A stretch of DNA of 64,000 nt from a bacterium (GTDB lineage Bacteria; Patescibacteriota; Patescibacteriia; JBAXGH01): positions 12,800 to 76,799 of the forward strand of contig JBAXGH010000003.1 of NCBI GenBank assembly GCA_037139515.1, given 5' to 3'. A program made the position numbers and the translations under genes. The notes beneath the pieces are model-generated. The model was not told the origin of the DNA and made no database searches. It saw nothing but the letters and a program-made list of their open reading frames with translations. Positions 1 to 11,297 of this stretch are shown here, piece by piece. How positions within the stretch are numbered: the stretch's first letter is position 1; every line of letters starts with the position of its first letter.

Positions 1-410
1 AACGATGAGCTGACCGCGACAACCGAAATCACGAAAAACATGTCCCCACTTCCCTGTTCTACGAGCGCCGTCGTGATTGCCCAAGCAAGCGCCAGATAAA
101 AAGTTGCGCGCTCAACTGGTTTATAATTCCCAAATCTGTCGAGCGCCCAAATCAGAATGAGCGTCAGAAAGAACATGAGCGACGCCGTTGATGCCTGGAC
201 GATGCGTGTATTCAGAAGCGCGTAGAAGAACGATGAGACGAAATAGGCCATACTGACCACGAACGGCAGAAATGCAATTGCTTCGGCTGAGCGCTTCTCT
301 GACACGGTGCAAAACTGTTTCCACATCCCATAAGCCTGTAGGATCCCAACGGCAAGAGTCAGCATTGCAATCAGCGTTGCTGGATTCCAACCAAAGTTTT
401 CAAGCTCCAT
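1..410 (-). CDS. Membrane protein, PQ-loop/SWEET-like; 3' end outside window
   Basis: Not in the ORF track. Manual translation from ATG 410 (GGAGG at 416-420) gives MELENFGWNPATLIAMLTLAVGILQAYGMWKQFCTVSEKRSAEAIAFLPFVVSMAYF..., open to the window edge, with several TM segments. Confidence 0.6.
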   Translation of the reverse strand, partial: MELENFGWNPATLIAMLTLAVGILQAYGMWKQFCTVSEKRSAEAIAFLPFVVSMAYFVSSFFYALLNTRIVQASTASLMFFLTLILIWALDRFGNYKPVERATFYLALAWAITTALVEQGSGDMFFVISVVAVSSS

Positions 411-498
411 CTGAGCCTCCGTGAATCGCCATGAAGAGCCGATGTTTTCTACCACTATAATCCCCTTGCGTCAATCGACCATAACAAAAAACCGCGCT

Positions 499-1692
499 CT
501 AACTAGCCGCGGCCTGTGCTTGTTTTGATTTTTCGACCTTTGGGAAGGGCAAGAGTACGAGAATCAGATTTATCGCGGCAATCAGCCAGAACACTGGCTT
601 ATTGTCGCTTGTCGCAATCGCTGAAGCGACGAGTAGAAATGGGATTTCGATGATTCTCTGAGTAAAACTGATCATCGAGCCGGTTGTGGCGCGAACCTCG
701 TCAGGGATGAACCTGTTCATGCTTTCCAGGTAGTAAACATCGCGCATTTCGGAAATCACCCAGGTCAGGAACGCAATCGGCACCAGGACCCAGACATTAT
801 CGACAAGCGCGATCGTGAGCGTTCCACCTAGCGTAAATATGGTCGCGTAATTCACGAAGTTATGAGCTTTGATGCGCTTCTTGATCCAGGTAGCAAAGAA
901 GCTCCCGTGAATCATGAGAACGAGATGCGAAGTTGCATACCAGATGAGCAGATGGATCTCGGTGAAGCCGACTGCCTTGAAACGCAGGATGTACGCGGCC
1001 CAGAAAATAAGCGACGAAGTGAAACGGAGCCCGTCGTGAAGTGAAAGCATCCGAAGCGCCTCGTGTTCGACGAGCGGTCTCAAAGCGTCTCGAAGCGACG
1101 TCTTCTTTATGGGTGCTCCCGGCTCAATCAAGAACAGCGTCGGAATGAGCGCCAGCGTCATGAAGGCCGCCGTAATCCAGGCAAGCGCGTCAGAAAGATC
1201 ACCATCTGTGTACCAATATGCGAGCGGAAATCCCGTGAATGGCACAAAGATTTTGATCAGATATTTGGCGCTTGAAAGCTTGCCGTTGTTCTTGGTTACA
1301 TCTTGATTGAGTTGCCTCGACGTTTCAACGAGCAGCGCGTCCTGTGTTCCTGAGTGGAAAGCGTGACCAAGTGCCTTGGCTGATTGGATCACAAGCATCG
1401 CGATAAATCCGCTAGCAAAAGCGAAGGCTGTGTTTGCAATCGCGAAGATAGCGGTTCCGATCAAGAGTCCGCGTCGCCGTCCCAAGACATCGCCGATCCA
1501 CCCGGTCGGAATCTCGGCGACTATGGTCACAATAGTAAACGCGAGAAAGAGCAGATAGACTTCGCTTTCCGAGACACCACGCGTGATTAGGAATGCGGTG
1601 AAAATCGGGTTCAGGAACTTCGCCTCACAAAACACAGTCTTGATCTGCAAAAGCGGCAGATTCCATGCCAATTTCCTGGTGGGTTCATCCAC
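499..1692 (-). CDS. MFS transporter
   Basis: 397 aa, about 12 hydrophobic segments, motif EIPTGWIGDVLGRRR; GGGAGG before the GTG start. Confidence 0.9.
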   Translation of the reverse strand: MDEPTRKLAWNLPLLQIKTVFCEAKFLNPIFTAFLITRGVSESEVYLLFLAFTIVTIVAEIPTGWIGDVLGRRRGLLIGTAIFAIANTAFAFASGFIAMLVIQSAKALGHAFHSGTQDALLVETSRQLNQDVTKNNGKLSSAKYLIKIFVPFTGFPLAYWYTDGDLSDALAWITAAFMTLALIPTLFLIEPGAPIKKTSLRDALRPLVEHEALRMLSLHDGLRFTSSLIFWAAYILRFKAVGFTEIHLLIWYATSHLVLMIHGSFFATWIKKRIKAHNFVNYATIFTLGGTLTIALVDNVWVLVPIAFLTWVISEMRDVYYLESMNRFIPDEVRATTGSMISFTQRIIEIPFLLVASAIATSDNKPVFWLIAAINLILVLLPFPKVEKSKQAQAAAS

Positions 1693-1781
1693 GATGTCCT
1701 CCCGAATGAAAGGTGCGAGCTAAAACCCTACAGAACAAAAACAAATACGTCAATCAAGCCGTATTTGTTTCAAAATTTAAA

Positions 1782-1964
1782 TTAAACCGCAGTACTAAGT
1801 AAATAACTTGAAGCAATTGCGCCGATCATAAGCATAAGCCAAATCGCAGCCGGAACATACATATCTTTATCATCCACAAATCCGATAAAACCCAAAAATA
1901 TCGCAATCAGTCCGGTGATTACCGCGAGTACATTCAACACGATTCTCATTACAAAGATTGCCAT
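1782..1964 (-). CDS. Small two-TM membrane protein
   Basis: 60 aa, two hydrophobic helices; TATAAT 6 nt upstream of ATG (leaderless-type start). Confidence 0.65.
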   Translation of the reverse strand: MAIFVMRIVLNVLAVITGLIAIFLGFIGFVDDKDMYVPAAIWLMLMIGAIASSYLLSTAV

Positions 1965-1986
1965 AAGGATATTATACCAGATAATT

Positions 1987-2766
1987 TTACTTGGTAAAAA
2001 TCACCCAGTTCGATTGCCGATCAGTTGCACTCTGAAGATAGCCGATTGACTTTAAATCATCAGAAACCGGATCGCGATACCAACCCTCACTCCATGATCC
2101 CATGTCCAGATTAAATGCCTCACGCACATCAAGCTCGACCAAGTCTTCGGCGAAAACTGACAGTTCAAGCAAGTCTCGCGATTCAATGATAGCCGTTGTA
2201 CCGTCTTTTAGTAGCGTTAGAGCGCGGCGCTGATACGGTGTGCCTGCGAGCATTTTCTGCGCTGACCCCTGATGAACCAATAAATGCCCTTGAATCAATG
2301 AAGCGCTGTCATTTTCCACGGTCTTTAAATAGTCTTTAGTTAAAAGTTTACCATTATTAGTTTCAAAGATATTTACAGTACCGTCTGCACGAAAAAAAGC
2401 CGCGCCATTCCATGCCTGGCGTTCGCGCGCCTGAATAATCTTGCCGTTAAGTACCACGAAGCCTTCCGGCTTGTCTGTTGGGCTTGTATAGGTGCCAGGA
2501 ACGCTCAAGACTATCTTTTCATCATTCCGGCTTGGGCGTTCGAGGCTAAGCTTCGCCGAACCTTTTAAAAGAGTAAAAATGTAGTAATCGTGTTTATTTT
2601 TAGTGTTCTTTTGTGATACTGATATAAACTTATTTGAAACATAAGAGCTCTTGCCTGCATCTGGCAAATGTTTTTCATCTTCAGCAACAACTCGTACATC
2701 AACGCATCCTGCTCCAAAAAAAATAAGCGAAGCGGTAAAGCAAATACCAGCAGTTCTTGCTCTCAT
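1987..2766 (-). CDS. Putative lipoprotein, phosphodiester glycosidase (NAGPA-like) family
   Basis: Signal ending FFGAGC; motifs QGHLLV, RRAL and AFNLDMGSW resemble the family's A.NLDGG.S motif. Confidence 0.6.
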   Translation of the reverse strand: MRARTAGICFTASLIFFGAGCVDVRVVAEDEKHLPDAGKSSYVSNKFISVSQKNTKNKHDYYIFTLLKGSAKLSLERPSRNDEKIVLSVPGTYTSPTDKPEGFVVLNGKIIQARERQAWNGAAFFRADGTVNIFETNNGKLLTKDYLKTVENDSASLIQGHLLVHQGSAQKMLAGTPYQRRALTLLKDGTTAIIESRDLLELSVFAEDLVELDVREAFNLDMGSWSEGWYRDPVSDDLKSIGYLQSATDRQSNWVIFTK

Positions 2767-2768
2767 AA

Positions 2769-3983
2769 TTAATTTGCGACCAGGAAGTTTAACGGATTCT
2801 GAGGAACGCCGTTCGAGCGGGCTTCAAAATGCAAATGCGGACCAGTTGAAAGACCGGCTCCTGGAGTTCCAGGCGTACCTCCGGAATAGCCAATAACGTC
2901 ACCGCGCTCTACGTAGGTGTCGGGTTTTACGACCATGCGAGAAATATGCGCGTAAAGAGTTGAGATACCGCCGGAATGAATCAAAACAATATAGTTTCCG
3001 TACATCGTGGTACCAAGTTTAGCTGTACCAACATAACCGGGAGCGGCCGCATGAACAGGAGTTCCCTGAGGAGTCGCTAAATCCAAGCCTGAGTGCTCGA
3101 ACAGGCGTCTGAAAGGATAAGTTGGATCATGAAAAACAACCGTAATCACGCGGCTCGAAACCGGCCAAGAAAGCAAAGTTCCCCCGCCGATAGTGTCATC
3201 GTTTTTCTTTAATACATCTTTTAAGCTGCCTTCAAGTCGTCGAACTTGAGCTTCCGTTGCCATTTGCTCATCACGAATATCGGCGAGCAAAGCCTGGAAT
3301 TTCTGTTCCGACATGGCGGTCTGTTGCATGAGTTGGCTCTTCGCAATCTGCTCATCATCCAAAGTTGTTTTCAATCCCTGAAGCTCAGCGCGCTGATTAT
3401 CAAGCGTGACGCGCTTAGAATCAGCCTTTTGCTTTCGCACCAACATGTCGTCACGCAAGCCCTTCAAATCATGGACCGCTTCAAAAGTTCGCTCTTCGAT
3501 ATCACGCATTCTTTCAACACGATCAAAAAACTCCGAAAAAGTATCGTTGTTCAAAAGAATTTCAAGCGTTGAGGTGCCGTCTGATTCGCGAATATTGCGC
3601 ACCAGTTCAGAAACCAATGCTTTCTTCCGCGACATTTCCGAGGTCTTGATTTCAATTTGGCCCTCAAGAAGTCCAATATCTGTAATCGTACTTTCGATTT
3701 CCTGATTCAAGGCCTGGATGTCAAGTTCAGTGGCAGCTGATTTATTTTCGAGAATCGCGATTTGATTCGAAAGCGAAGCCTGCTCAGCTTCCTTTTTCGC
3801 GATTTCGTTACGATAAGCGTCGGCCTGTTTTTTAATCGAATTGATGCGGTCTTTCTTGGCGTCGATAGTATCTTTTATTTCCAGTACTTCGTCCTTAGCA
3901 GCCAAAGAATACAACGAAGCACCCGTGATTGACGCGAGGCAAAGCGCTGTAACTGCGATTTGAACTCTTAAAGAACGAAGCAT
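2769..3983 (-). CDS. Coiled-coil + M23 peptidase (EnvC/CwlO-like peptidoglycan endopeptidase)
   Basis: Signal peptide, long coiled coil, motifs HSGLD, YGNYIV, YAH, STGPHLHFE. Confidence 0.9.
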   Translation of the reverse strand: MLRSLRVQIAVTALCLASITGASLYSLAAKDEVLEIKDTIDAKKDRINSIKKQADAYRNEIAKKEAEQASLSNQIAILENKSAATELDIQALNQEIESTITDIGLLEGQIEIKTSEMSRKKALVSELVRNIRESDGTSTLEILLNNDTFSEFFDRVERMRDIEERTFEAVHDLKGLRDDMLVRKQKADSKRVTLDNQRAELQGLKTTLDDEQIAKSQLMQQTAMSEQKFQALLADIRDEQMATEAQVRRLEGSLKDVLKKNDDTIGGGTLLSWPVSSRVITVVFHDPTYPFRRLFEHSGLDLATPQGTPVHAAAPGYVGTAKLGTTMYGNYIVLIHSGGISTLYAHISRMVVKPDTYVERGDVIGYSGGTPGTPGAGLSTGPHLHFEARSNGVPQNPLNFLVAN

Positions 3984-3999
3984 GGCTTGAATTGGTAAA

Positions 4000-5469
4000 C
4001 TATTTTAATTTAGCAAGCGCTAGTTTAATCCGACGCACTGATTCATCACGGCCAAAGATTTCCATGAGTGTAAACGGCGGCGGCGATTTTTCAGCTCCGG
4101 AAAGCGCCACGCGTAACGGCCAGAAGACATCGCCATTCTGGAATCCATGGCCCGTCACCCACTCCTTAAGTATACCCTCTATGTGGGCTTCCTTCCATTC
4201 ACCTTCAATGCCTGCCAAATATTCGGAGAGCTGGGTCAAAACATTTAGAGCGATTTCGCGTGAAGATTTCTTCCAAACCAGCATTTCGACTGCATAATCA
4301 GGCAGTGTTGATAACTCTTTCAAAGCCACTGCAACATCACGAAGCGTGACAGCTCTTTCGCGCGCAGCATTAAAGGCCGCAGCATAAGAAACGAAAGCTT
4401 TTTTATTGATTTCAAGCTCTTTCAGAAATGGTTCCGCGCGTCGATCAGCTTCTTCCACACTTAAAGCGCGTAAATACTGACCGTTCAACCAATCAAGCTT
4501 GGCGCGGTCAAAAACGGCGCCGGCTTTACCCATATCGGAAAGATTGAACTCTTTGATGAGTTCCGGAAGTGTATAGATTTCCTTAGAATCTGACGGATTC
4601 CAACCCAAAATCGCGAGGAAATTGATGACTGCTTCTGATAAGTATCCAGCCTTAGCATAATCCATGGCCGCGACATCGCCCTGACGCTTTGAGAGCTTGG
4701 TTTTATCCGGATTCAAAAGTAGCGGAAGATGCGCGAATTCCGGCACCGCCCAACCAAAAGCCTCATATAAAAGAATATGTTTCGGCGTGGACGAAAGCCA
4801 CTCTTCGCCACGAATCACGTGCGTCGTCTCCATAAAGTGGTCATCGACAATTGCGGCCAGGTGATAGGTCGGGAAACCGTCTGACTTGATGAGGACCTGA
4901 TCATCAACCGTATCCGACTCAAAACTAATCGGACCACGAATCACATCTTTGAATGCAATCGTCCGGCCTGGTTCGATTTTGAAACGAATAACATTTGCTT
5001 CGCCAGCTTCAAGACGTCGCGTCACTTCTTCGGCAGACAGAGTTTTGCACAATCCGTCATATTTCGGCGGAATCTTTTGAGCTTCCTGAGCCGAGCGCAT
5101 TTGATCCAACCGATCCGCAGTACAAAAACAATGATAAGCCTTGCCTTCTTTTACAAGTTGATCAGCATACTGTTTGTACATCGGAAGACGCATTGATTGC
5201 GTATATGGCCCCTTTTCACCCTTTTCCAAAACTTCGCCATCTTTCAAATACGGACCTTCATCGTTCGCGAGTCCCGCCCAAGCCAAAGATTCCAAAATAT
5301 TTTTGACTCCGTCAGCCACAAAACGCGCCCGATCCGTATCTTCGATGCGAATAAAAAACTCACCGCCATGGTGACGCGCAAATAAATAATTGATGAGAGC
5401 TGTTCGTACTCCACCGATGTGGAGATAACCGGTCGGGCTAGGAGCAAATCTAACGCGTATTTTTGACAT
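4000..5469 (-). CDS. gltX: Glutamate--tRNA ligase
   Basis: RFAPSPTGYLHIGG (HIGH motif), RIEDTD, KLSKR (KMSKS motif). Confidence 0.98.
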   Translation of the reverse strand: MSKIRVRFAPSPTGYLHIGGVRTALINYLFARHHGGEFFIRIEDTDRARFVADGVKNILESLAWAGLANDEGPYLKDGEVLEKGEKGPYTQSMRLPMYKQYADQLVKEGKAYHCFCTADRLDQMRSAQEAQKIPPKYDGLCKTLSAEEVTRRLEAGEANVIRFKIEPGRTIAFKDVIRGPISFESDTVDDQVLIKSDGFPTYHLAAIVDDHFMETTHVIRGEEWLSSTPKHILLYEAFGWAVPEFAHLPLLLNPDKTKLSKRQGDVAAMDYAKAGYLSEAVINFLAILGWNPSDSKEIYTLPELIKEFNLSDMGKAGAVFDRAKLDWLNGQYLRALSVEEADRRAEPFLKELEINKKAFVSYAAAFNAARERAVTLRDVAVALKELSTLPDYAVEMLVWKKSSREIALNVLTQLSEYLAGIEGEWKEAHIEGILKEWVTGHGFQNGDVFWPLRVALSGAEKSPPPFTLMEIFGRDESVRRIKLALAKLK

Positions 5470-5486
5470 ATATATTTCTGGACAGT

Positions 5487-6245
5487 CTATCGTTTTGTGA
5501 TGAATTCGTAAATAAGCGCACGAATCGGAAAGATGAAAACTGCATTAATAATTCTTCCTAGGCGTTTCGGTTCAAGATACAATCTCCAGAGCCACTCAAA
5601 CTGATTTCTCATCCAGGCAGGAGCGCGCGGCAAGGTCCCGGCAATCATCGCGAACGCCCCGCCGCAACCGATTGCGATTTTCACATCCGGCAATTCGCGC
5701 AGATGCTGCAGAATCCATTCTTCCTGCTTCTTCATACCAAGTCCAACCATCACAACACATGGTCCGACAAGTAGAAGCATATCTTGAACTCCGTCCGGCA
5801 TCGACCACCCACTTCCCTCTTTTAAAACAATAACCTGAGCCAGCGAAACAGTTTTTAAACCGGGATTTTCTGCAAGCATGATTTTTTCGGCGCCTTTGTT
5901 CGATAGCTCATCGCCACCAATTAAAACTACCGCCCAGCCATTTTCTGCGGCGATTTTCGCAATCGGCAGCAACAAATCAGAACCTGAAATTCTTTCAAAA
6001 ATATGTTTTCCGATGAGTCGACCGACGAGTTTTAAGCCGAAACCATCTGGAGTTCGAAGATCAAAACAGGCCAGTCGCGAAGCAAACTCAGGCTCGCGAA
6101 TTGAGGCAAGCAGGATCTCCGGGTTTGGAGTTGCAATCAAAGTCTGCTCTCCTTTTTGAGAACGGTCTTTAATCAGAGCGATACAATCGGCCTGGCTATG
6201 CGAAAAAATCAGTTGTCCACAAAGCTCAATTTCGCCGAGTTTCAT
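5487..6245 (-). CDS. WecB/TagA/CpsF family glycosyltransferase
   Basis: Motifs TPNPE, DGFG, ERISGSD, GLGMKKQE, GCGGAF, RAP, EWLWRL. Confidence 0.9.
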   Translation of the reverse strand: MKLGEIELCGQLIFSHSQADCIALIKDRSQKGEQTLIATPNPEILLASIREPEFASRLACFDLRTPDGFGLKLVGRLIGKHIFERISGSDLLLPIAKIAAENGWAVVLIGGDELSNKGAEKIMLAENPGLKTVSLAQVIVLKEGSGWSMPDGVQDMLLLVGPCVVMVGLGMKKQEEWILQHLRELPDVKIAIGCGGAFAMIAGTLPRAPAWMRNQFEWLWRLYLEPKRLGRIINAVFIFPIRALIYEFITKR

Positions 6246-6306
6246 AAGTTAGCATTATCGCTCTTTTTAGCTGTATAATCAAGTAATCAGGGGCGCGCAC
6301 AAACCC

Positions 6307-6335
6307 TTGACCCAATGAAAGAATTCAAGTATTAT
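6307..6335 (+). promoter_or_regulatory. Sigma70 promoter of clpB
   Basis: TTGACC-17 nt-TATTAT. Confidence 0.75.
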
Positions 6336-6342
6336 CTCCGTA

Positions 6343-6369
6343 TTAGCAGTCTAATCCCGAGAGTGCTAG
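6343..6369 (+). promoter_or_regulatory. CIRCE element (HrcA operator)
   Basis: TTAGCAGTC-N9-GAGTGCTAG versus consensus TTAGCACTC-N9-GAGTGCTAA, between the promoter and the clpB ATG. Confidence 0.9.
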
Positions 6370-6375
6370 TCGCCT

Positions 6376-9057
6376 ATGCCTATGCTTCCCCATAATTTTA
6401 CCAAGCGATCACAAGAAGCTCTTCAGCGCGCCCACGCGCTTGCTATTCGTGATCTTCCGCATGAACTCGATCCGATGCACATGCTTTACGCGCTTCTCGA
6501 TGAAAACGAGGGCACGGTCGTTCAGATTTTCGAAAAGCTTTCGATTGATATAGACACAGTGCTTGATGAACTCGATCGCCATCTCGACGCCTTACCACAG
6601 ACCCTTCAGGGTACACCGGCACCAAATGGCCAAGTCGCAATCACCCCGTTCTTCGCAAAATGCGTGGAAGCGGCTGATGCTCGCGCCAAGTCTTTCGGTG
6701 ACTCATTTATTTCAACCGAGCATCTCTTGCTCGGCATTCTTGATACCGACTGCCCGGCGAACCATGTTCTGAAACGTTTCGATATTAAAATCGAAAAAGT
6801 TTTAGAGATTTTGAAGAGCATTCGTGGTACGCAGAAAGTCGATACTCCGGAACCAGAATCCCGTTATCAGGCGCTCGAAAAGTATGGCCGCAATCTGACT
6901 GAGATGGCCCGCACTTCGAAACTCGATCCTGTTATCGGTCGCGATTCCGAAATTCGCCGCGTCATGCAGGTTCTTTCACGCCGCACCAAAAATAACCCGG
7001 TCTTGATTGGTGAAGCCGGTACCGGTAAAACCGCTATCGTCGAAGGGCTCGCCCAGCGCATTGTCGCGAATGATATTCCGGAATCTCTGCGCGATCGCGA
7101 AATCGTGGCGCTAGATATTGCAGCGCTCATCGCCGGCACCAAGTTCCGCGGTGAATTCGAGGAACGTTTGAAAGCTGTGATTCGCGAAGTTGAAGAATCG
7201 AACGGGAAAACAATTTTGTTTATTGATGAGCTTCATACCATCATGGGTTCGGGCACGTCAGACGGCGGCACTCTTGATACGGCAAACATTTTGAAGCCGG
7301 CACTCGCCCGCGGTCAGCTCAAAACCATCGGCGCTACGACCCCAAAGGAATATCAGCGCTATATCGAACGCGACAGCGCACTTGAGCGACGTTTTCAACC
7401 GGTTACCGTTGCCGAACCTAGCGTCGAAGATACCATCGCGATTCTCCGCGGTATCAAAGAAAAATACGAAGTTCACCACGGCGTTCGCATTACTGACGGC
7501 GCAATTGTAGCCGCGAGCAATCTTTCGAGCCGATACATTAGCGACCGTTTTCTACCCGATAAGGCGGTTGATTTGATTGATGAAGCCGCTTCAGCGATGC
7601 GCATGGAAATAGATTCCATGCCGGTTCCGCTTGATGAAATGAAACGCTCGCTCATGCGCCTTGAAATTGAAAAGCGCGCTCTTACGAAAGAAACAGACGC
7701 CGAATCAAAAGCCCGTCTCGCTAAAATCGAATCTGAACTTTCAAATATTTCCGAAAGAAGCCAGGAGATGGAATTAAAATGGAAAAACGAAAAAGAAGCC
7801 ATCACCGCGATTCGTGAGTCAAAGAAAAAACTAGAAACCTTAAGAACTTCTGCTGATTCGACCGAGAGAACAGGTGATCTTCAAAAAGTCGCCGAGATTC
7901 GTTATGCCGAAATCCCGGCTGAAACCGAAAAAATCAAGAAACTCGAAACTCGTTTGCGGGAACTTCAAAAGGGCCGCGGAATTTTGAAAGAAGAAGTCAC
8001 CGACGAAGACGTAGCTTCGGTGGTTTCGAAGTGGACCAAAATCCCGGTCACAAAAATGCTCGAAACCGAAGTCAATAAACTTGTTAAACTGGAAGACGAG
8101 CTCGGTAAGCGTGTTATTGGACAAAAAGAAGCCATTACGGCGCTTTCGTCAGCTATTCGCCGTTCGCGCGCAGGTTTGGCCGAAGAGAAACGCCCGATTG
8201 GATCATTCCTTTTGCTTGGTCCGACAGGAGTCGGCAAAACCGAACTCGCCCGCGCGCTCGCCCACTATATGTTCGATGACGAGCAGTCTTTGATTCGCGT
8301 CGACATGTCGGAATACATGGAAAAGCACAATGTCGCCCGCATGATCGGCTCGCCTCCGGGCTATATCGGCCACGAAGAAGGCGGGCAGCTCACCGAAACC
8401 GTTCGTCGCCGTCCGTATTCAGTAATTCTCTTCGATGAAGTCGAAAAGGCTCACCCTGATGTCTTTAATGTCTTGCTTCAGATTCTTGATGATGGTCGCC
8501 TGACTGATGCCAAGGGCCGCGTCGTGAACTTCAAAAACACCTGCATTATCATGACCTCGAATATCGGTTCAGAAATGATTCTGAACTCCGGAAAAACGCT
8601 TGAAACAATCGGTTTCGCGGCAAATAAAGAAAAGAAAGAAGAAAAAGAAACCGAGCTGCGCAAACGTCTCAATCCGATGTTGCAGGAACGCTTCCGTCCG
8701 GAGTTCCTGAACCGCGTTGACGACATCATCCTCTTCCACACGCTCACCATGGATGATCTTCTAAAGATTGTCGACATTCAGCTTGATAGGGTCCGTATTC
8801 GCCTGGCGAAGGAGCGCATGAATGTAATCTTCACCCAGGAACTCAAAGAATATCTCGCAAAGAAAGGCTTTGATCCGGCTTATGGCGCCCGTCCGATGAA
8901 GCGCCTTATCGAACGCGAAATTCTTGATCCGTTGTCAGTTGAAATCATCAAGAACGGCATCACTCCAGGAGTAACGTTCGCAATCGACTACAAGAAAGAT
9001 AAAGTCGTCGTGAATCACGCAAAAATAGACACAAGCGAAATGGTCACGGAACGATAA
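6376..9057 (+). CDS. clpB: ATP-dependent chaperone ClpB
   Basis: Two AAA+ domains ([16 protein letters not shown]), long coiled-coil middle domain, GSPPGYIG. Confidence 0.97.
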   Translation: MPMLPHNFTKRSQEALQRAHALAIRDLPHELDPMHMLYALLDENEGTVVQIFEKLSIDIDTVLDELDRHLDALPQTLQGTPAPNGQVAITPFFAKCVEAADARAKSFGDSFISTEHLLLGILDTDCPANHVLKRFDIKIEKVLEILKSIRGTQKVDTPEPESRYQALEKYGRNLTEMARTSKLDPVIGRDSEIRRVMQVLSRRTKNNPVLIGEAGTGKTAIVEGLAQRIVANDIPESLRDREIVALDIAALIAGTKFRGEFEERLKAVIREVEESNGKTILFIDELHTIMGSGTSDGGTLDTANILKPALARGQLKTIGATTPKEYQRYIERDSALERRFQPVTVAEPSVEDTIAILRGIKEKYEVHHGVRITDGAIVAASNLSSRYISDRFLPDKAVDLIDEAASAMRMEIDSMPVPLDEMKRSLMRLEIEKRALTKETDAESKARLAKIESELSNISERSQEMELKWKNEKEAITAIRESKKKLETLRTSADSTERTGDLQKVAEIRYAEIPAETEKIKKLETRLRELQKGRGILKEEVTDEDVASVVSKWTKIPVTKMLETEVNKLVKLEDELGKRVIGQKEAITALSSAIRRSRAGLAEEKRPIGSFLLLGPTGVGKTELARALAHYMFDDEQSLIRVDMSEYMEKHNVARMIGSPPGYIGHEEGGQLTETVRRRPYSVILFDEVEKAHPDVFNVLLQILDDGRLTDAKGRVVNFKNTCIIMTSNIGSEMILNSGKTLETIGFAANKEKKEEKETELRKRLNPMLQERFRPEFLNRVDDIILFHTLTMDDLLKIVDIQLDRVRIRLAKERMNVIFTQELKEYLAKKGFDPAYGARPMKRLIEREILDPLSVEIIKNGITPGVTFAIDYKKDKVVVNHAKIDTSEMVTER

Positions 9058-10452
9058 ATGTGCGAAAATACCGTCATGATAAAACCATGGCGGTGTTTTT
9101 GTTTAGCGGTTGTTATTTTTTCGCTTCTCACTCCTCCCAGAGCAGAGGCTTCGGTATTTGATTTTATCGTTTCGGATGCCGACATGACTGATAGCGGCGG
9201 CATGAGCCGAGATATGCTCAAGCGCTTCCTCGCCGAACGCGGGGCGCTTTCAAAGCAAAACTTTATCGATATTGACGGTAAGAAAAAACCGGCCTATGAA
9301 ATCATCTACCGAGCCTCGGTAAAATATCAGTTGAATCCGAAATTTTTTATCGCATTATTACAGCGCGAACAAAGCTTGATTGAGGACGCGACGCTTACCC
9401 AGGATCAGCTTGATTGGGCGCTCGGATATGGGATTTGCGATAGCTGCGATAAATCTGATCCGCGGCTTTTGACGTATAAAGGATTCGCAAATCAACTTGA
9501 GAATGCCGCCCGCAGACTGCGCGAGATTTTTGATGCCGAGATTGGCTTTAAAGTAGGTTCGACTTTTAATATCGACGGTATTCCGGTGAAGCCTGAAAGC
9601 AAAGCAACCGCTGCGCTTTACACCTACACCCCTCATCTGCTCGGTAACAATAATTTTCGAGATATCTGGCGCCGATATTTCCTGATGCGATACCCTGACG
9701 GAACTCTTCTTCAACCGCGTGGAGAAGACGGCGTGTATCTGATTTATTATGGCCGGAAACGTGCCTTTGCTTCGAAATCTGCGCTCACCTCGCGCTATGA
9801 CCTGAATAATATCATTCAAGTCGCACGCAATGAGCTAGATGCTTACGAAGACGGCGTACCGATTCAATTCCCAAATTTTTCTCTACTTCAAACCGCTGAT
9901 TCGGCAATATTTTTACTCGCCGACGACACACTGCGCCCGATTGACCCGGAAACATTTCGCGCTATCGGTTGGAGTCCAGATGAGCTAATTCCGGTTGAAG
10001 CAGCTGACATAGAGAGCTACGGCATGGGCACTCCAATAAGCGCCGAGCATCCAACTATTTCCGACGAACTCGTAAGACTATCAAACGGCAACACTTTCGC
10101 GCTACGTGATGGTGTCAGACACCCGATCCTCTCTCCGGAAATTCTCCGCGACCGCTACTCTGATTCCATACCTCGAAAAATCGCGCCAAACGAACTTACC
10201 AAAACCACTCTCGGTGAACCGATACTCTTCAGAAACGGAAGCCTCATCAAAGCTCGCGGAACCTCGACGGTTTATCTCGTCACGAACGGAGCCCGTCGCC
10301 CCTTTTTAACCGAGAAAGCCTTCCGTTCATACGGATTCGAATTCCGAGATGTCGTGACCACAACCAAAGCAGCGCTTGAAATTCACGCTCTCGGAACGCC
10401 AGTTTCCATTCTTCCGCCAACTTCTTCAATCCTGACATCCCTTTCCCCATAA
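9058..10452 (+). CDS. Secreted protein: lysozyme-like N-domain plus four ~60-aa repeats
   Basis: Signal peptide (start may be 9076); NPKFFIALLQREQSLI...ALGYG...LYTYTPH; repeats of the type DGTLL..G..VYLI..G.KR.F. Confidence 0.7.
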   Translation: MCENTVMIKPWRCFCLAVVIFSLLTPPRAEASVFDFIVSDADMTDSGGMSRDMLKRFLAERGALSKQNFIDIDGKKKPAYEIIYRASVKYQLNPKFFIALLQREQSLIEDATLTQDQLDWALGYGICDSCDKSDPRLLTYKGFANQLENAARRLREIFDAEIGFKVGSTFNIDGIPVKPESKATAALYTYTPHLLGNNNFRDIWRRYFLMRYPDGTLLQPRGEDGVYLIYYGRKRAFASKSALTSRYDLNNIIQVARNELDAYEDGVPIQFPNFSLLQTADSAIFLLADDTLRPIDPETFRAIGWSPDELIPVEAADIESYGMGTPISAEHPTISDELVRLSNGNTFALRDGVRHPILSPEILRDRYSDSIPRKIAPNELTKTTLGEPILFRNGSLIKARGTSTVYLVTNGARRPFLTEKAFRSYGFEFRDVVTTTKAALEIHALGTPVSILPPTSSILTSLSP

Positions 10453-10492
10453 CCCTTTACCCTCTCCGAGACCAGATGTAAGCTATAAGTAT

Positions 10493-11290
10493 ATGATCGT
10501 AAGCGCTCATCTTTTACCGCATAGCCCATTACTTCTTCCAAGCATCGGAAAAGAAAGAACCGAGAGCCTGAAAAACACGGTTCAAGCTATTTCCATAGCC
10601 GCGGATGAGATTCGAAAGGCTAAACCAGATACGATTATCGTGATAAGTAGTCATGGTACGGTTTATAAAGATGCTTTTTCAGCGAACATTCATGATATTT
10701 ACCAAGCTCACTTTGAAGAGTTTGGCGATTTTGCTACATCTTTTACCGCCAAACCGGACCTTGAAACTGCCGATCGTTTGAGCCGACATCTGAATCTCGC
10801 AGGCATTTCGTACAAGCAGAGTTCGGATGAAACTCTGGACTACGGAACAGCTGTTTCGCTTTCATTCCTAACACCTTTATTCGCGAAGACGAGACTGATT
10901 TCACTTTCACCTTCGCAGTTAGATGCCAAATCCCACTTCGATGTCGGGATGCATATTTCCGAGATACTGCTCGCAAGCAAAAAACGCTTTAGTATTATCT
11001 GTTCTGGCGATCTGTCACAGAGGCTCACAACGCAATCTCCGGCCGGATATTCGGCGGACGGAGCGGAATTTGAAAGTAAGCTAAAGGAAAGCATCGTTTC
11101 GCATAATGTCATGGGACTCCTAAAGCTCGCGCCCGAATTAGTCAACAATGCCGGAGAATGCTCTTACCGTCCGCTTCTCATGATGCTCGGTATCATAGAA
11201 GCCTTCCCATATCAGACGAAACTACTGTCATACGAAGCTCCTTTTGGCGTCGGTGAGCTGGTCGCGAGCTTTGAACTTGGACATAAATAA
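10493..11290 (+). CDS. Class III extradiol dioxygenase (LigB/MEMO)-like protein
   Basis: Motifs PHSPLL, ISSH, LDYG, SGDLS, AGEC, SYEAPFGVG. Confidence 0.85.
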   Translation: MIVSAHLLPHSPLLLPSIGKERTESLKNTVQAISIAADEIRKAKPDTIIVISSHGTVYKDAFSANIHDIYQAHFEEFGDFATSFTAKPDLETADRLSRHLNLAGISYKQSSDETLDYGTAVSLSFLTPLFAKTRLISLSPSQLDAKSHFDVGMHISEILLASKKRFSIICSGDLSQRLTTQSPAGYSADGAEFESKLKESIVSHNVMGLLKLAPELVNNAGECSYRPLLMMLGIIEAFPYQTKLLSYEAPFGVGELVASFELGHK

Positions 11291-11297
11291 GCCGAAC

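Noticed and set aside
121-390. 89-aa ORF from the track
   Set aside because: It is an alternative frame of the SD-led membrane protein gene that starts at 410.
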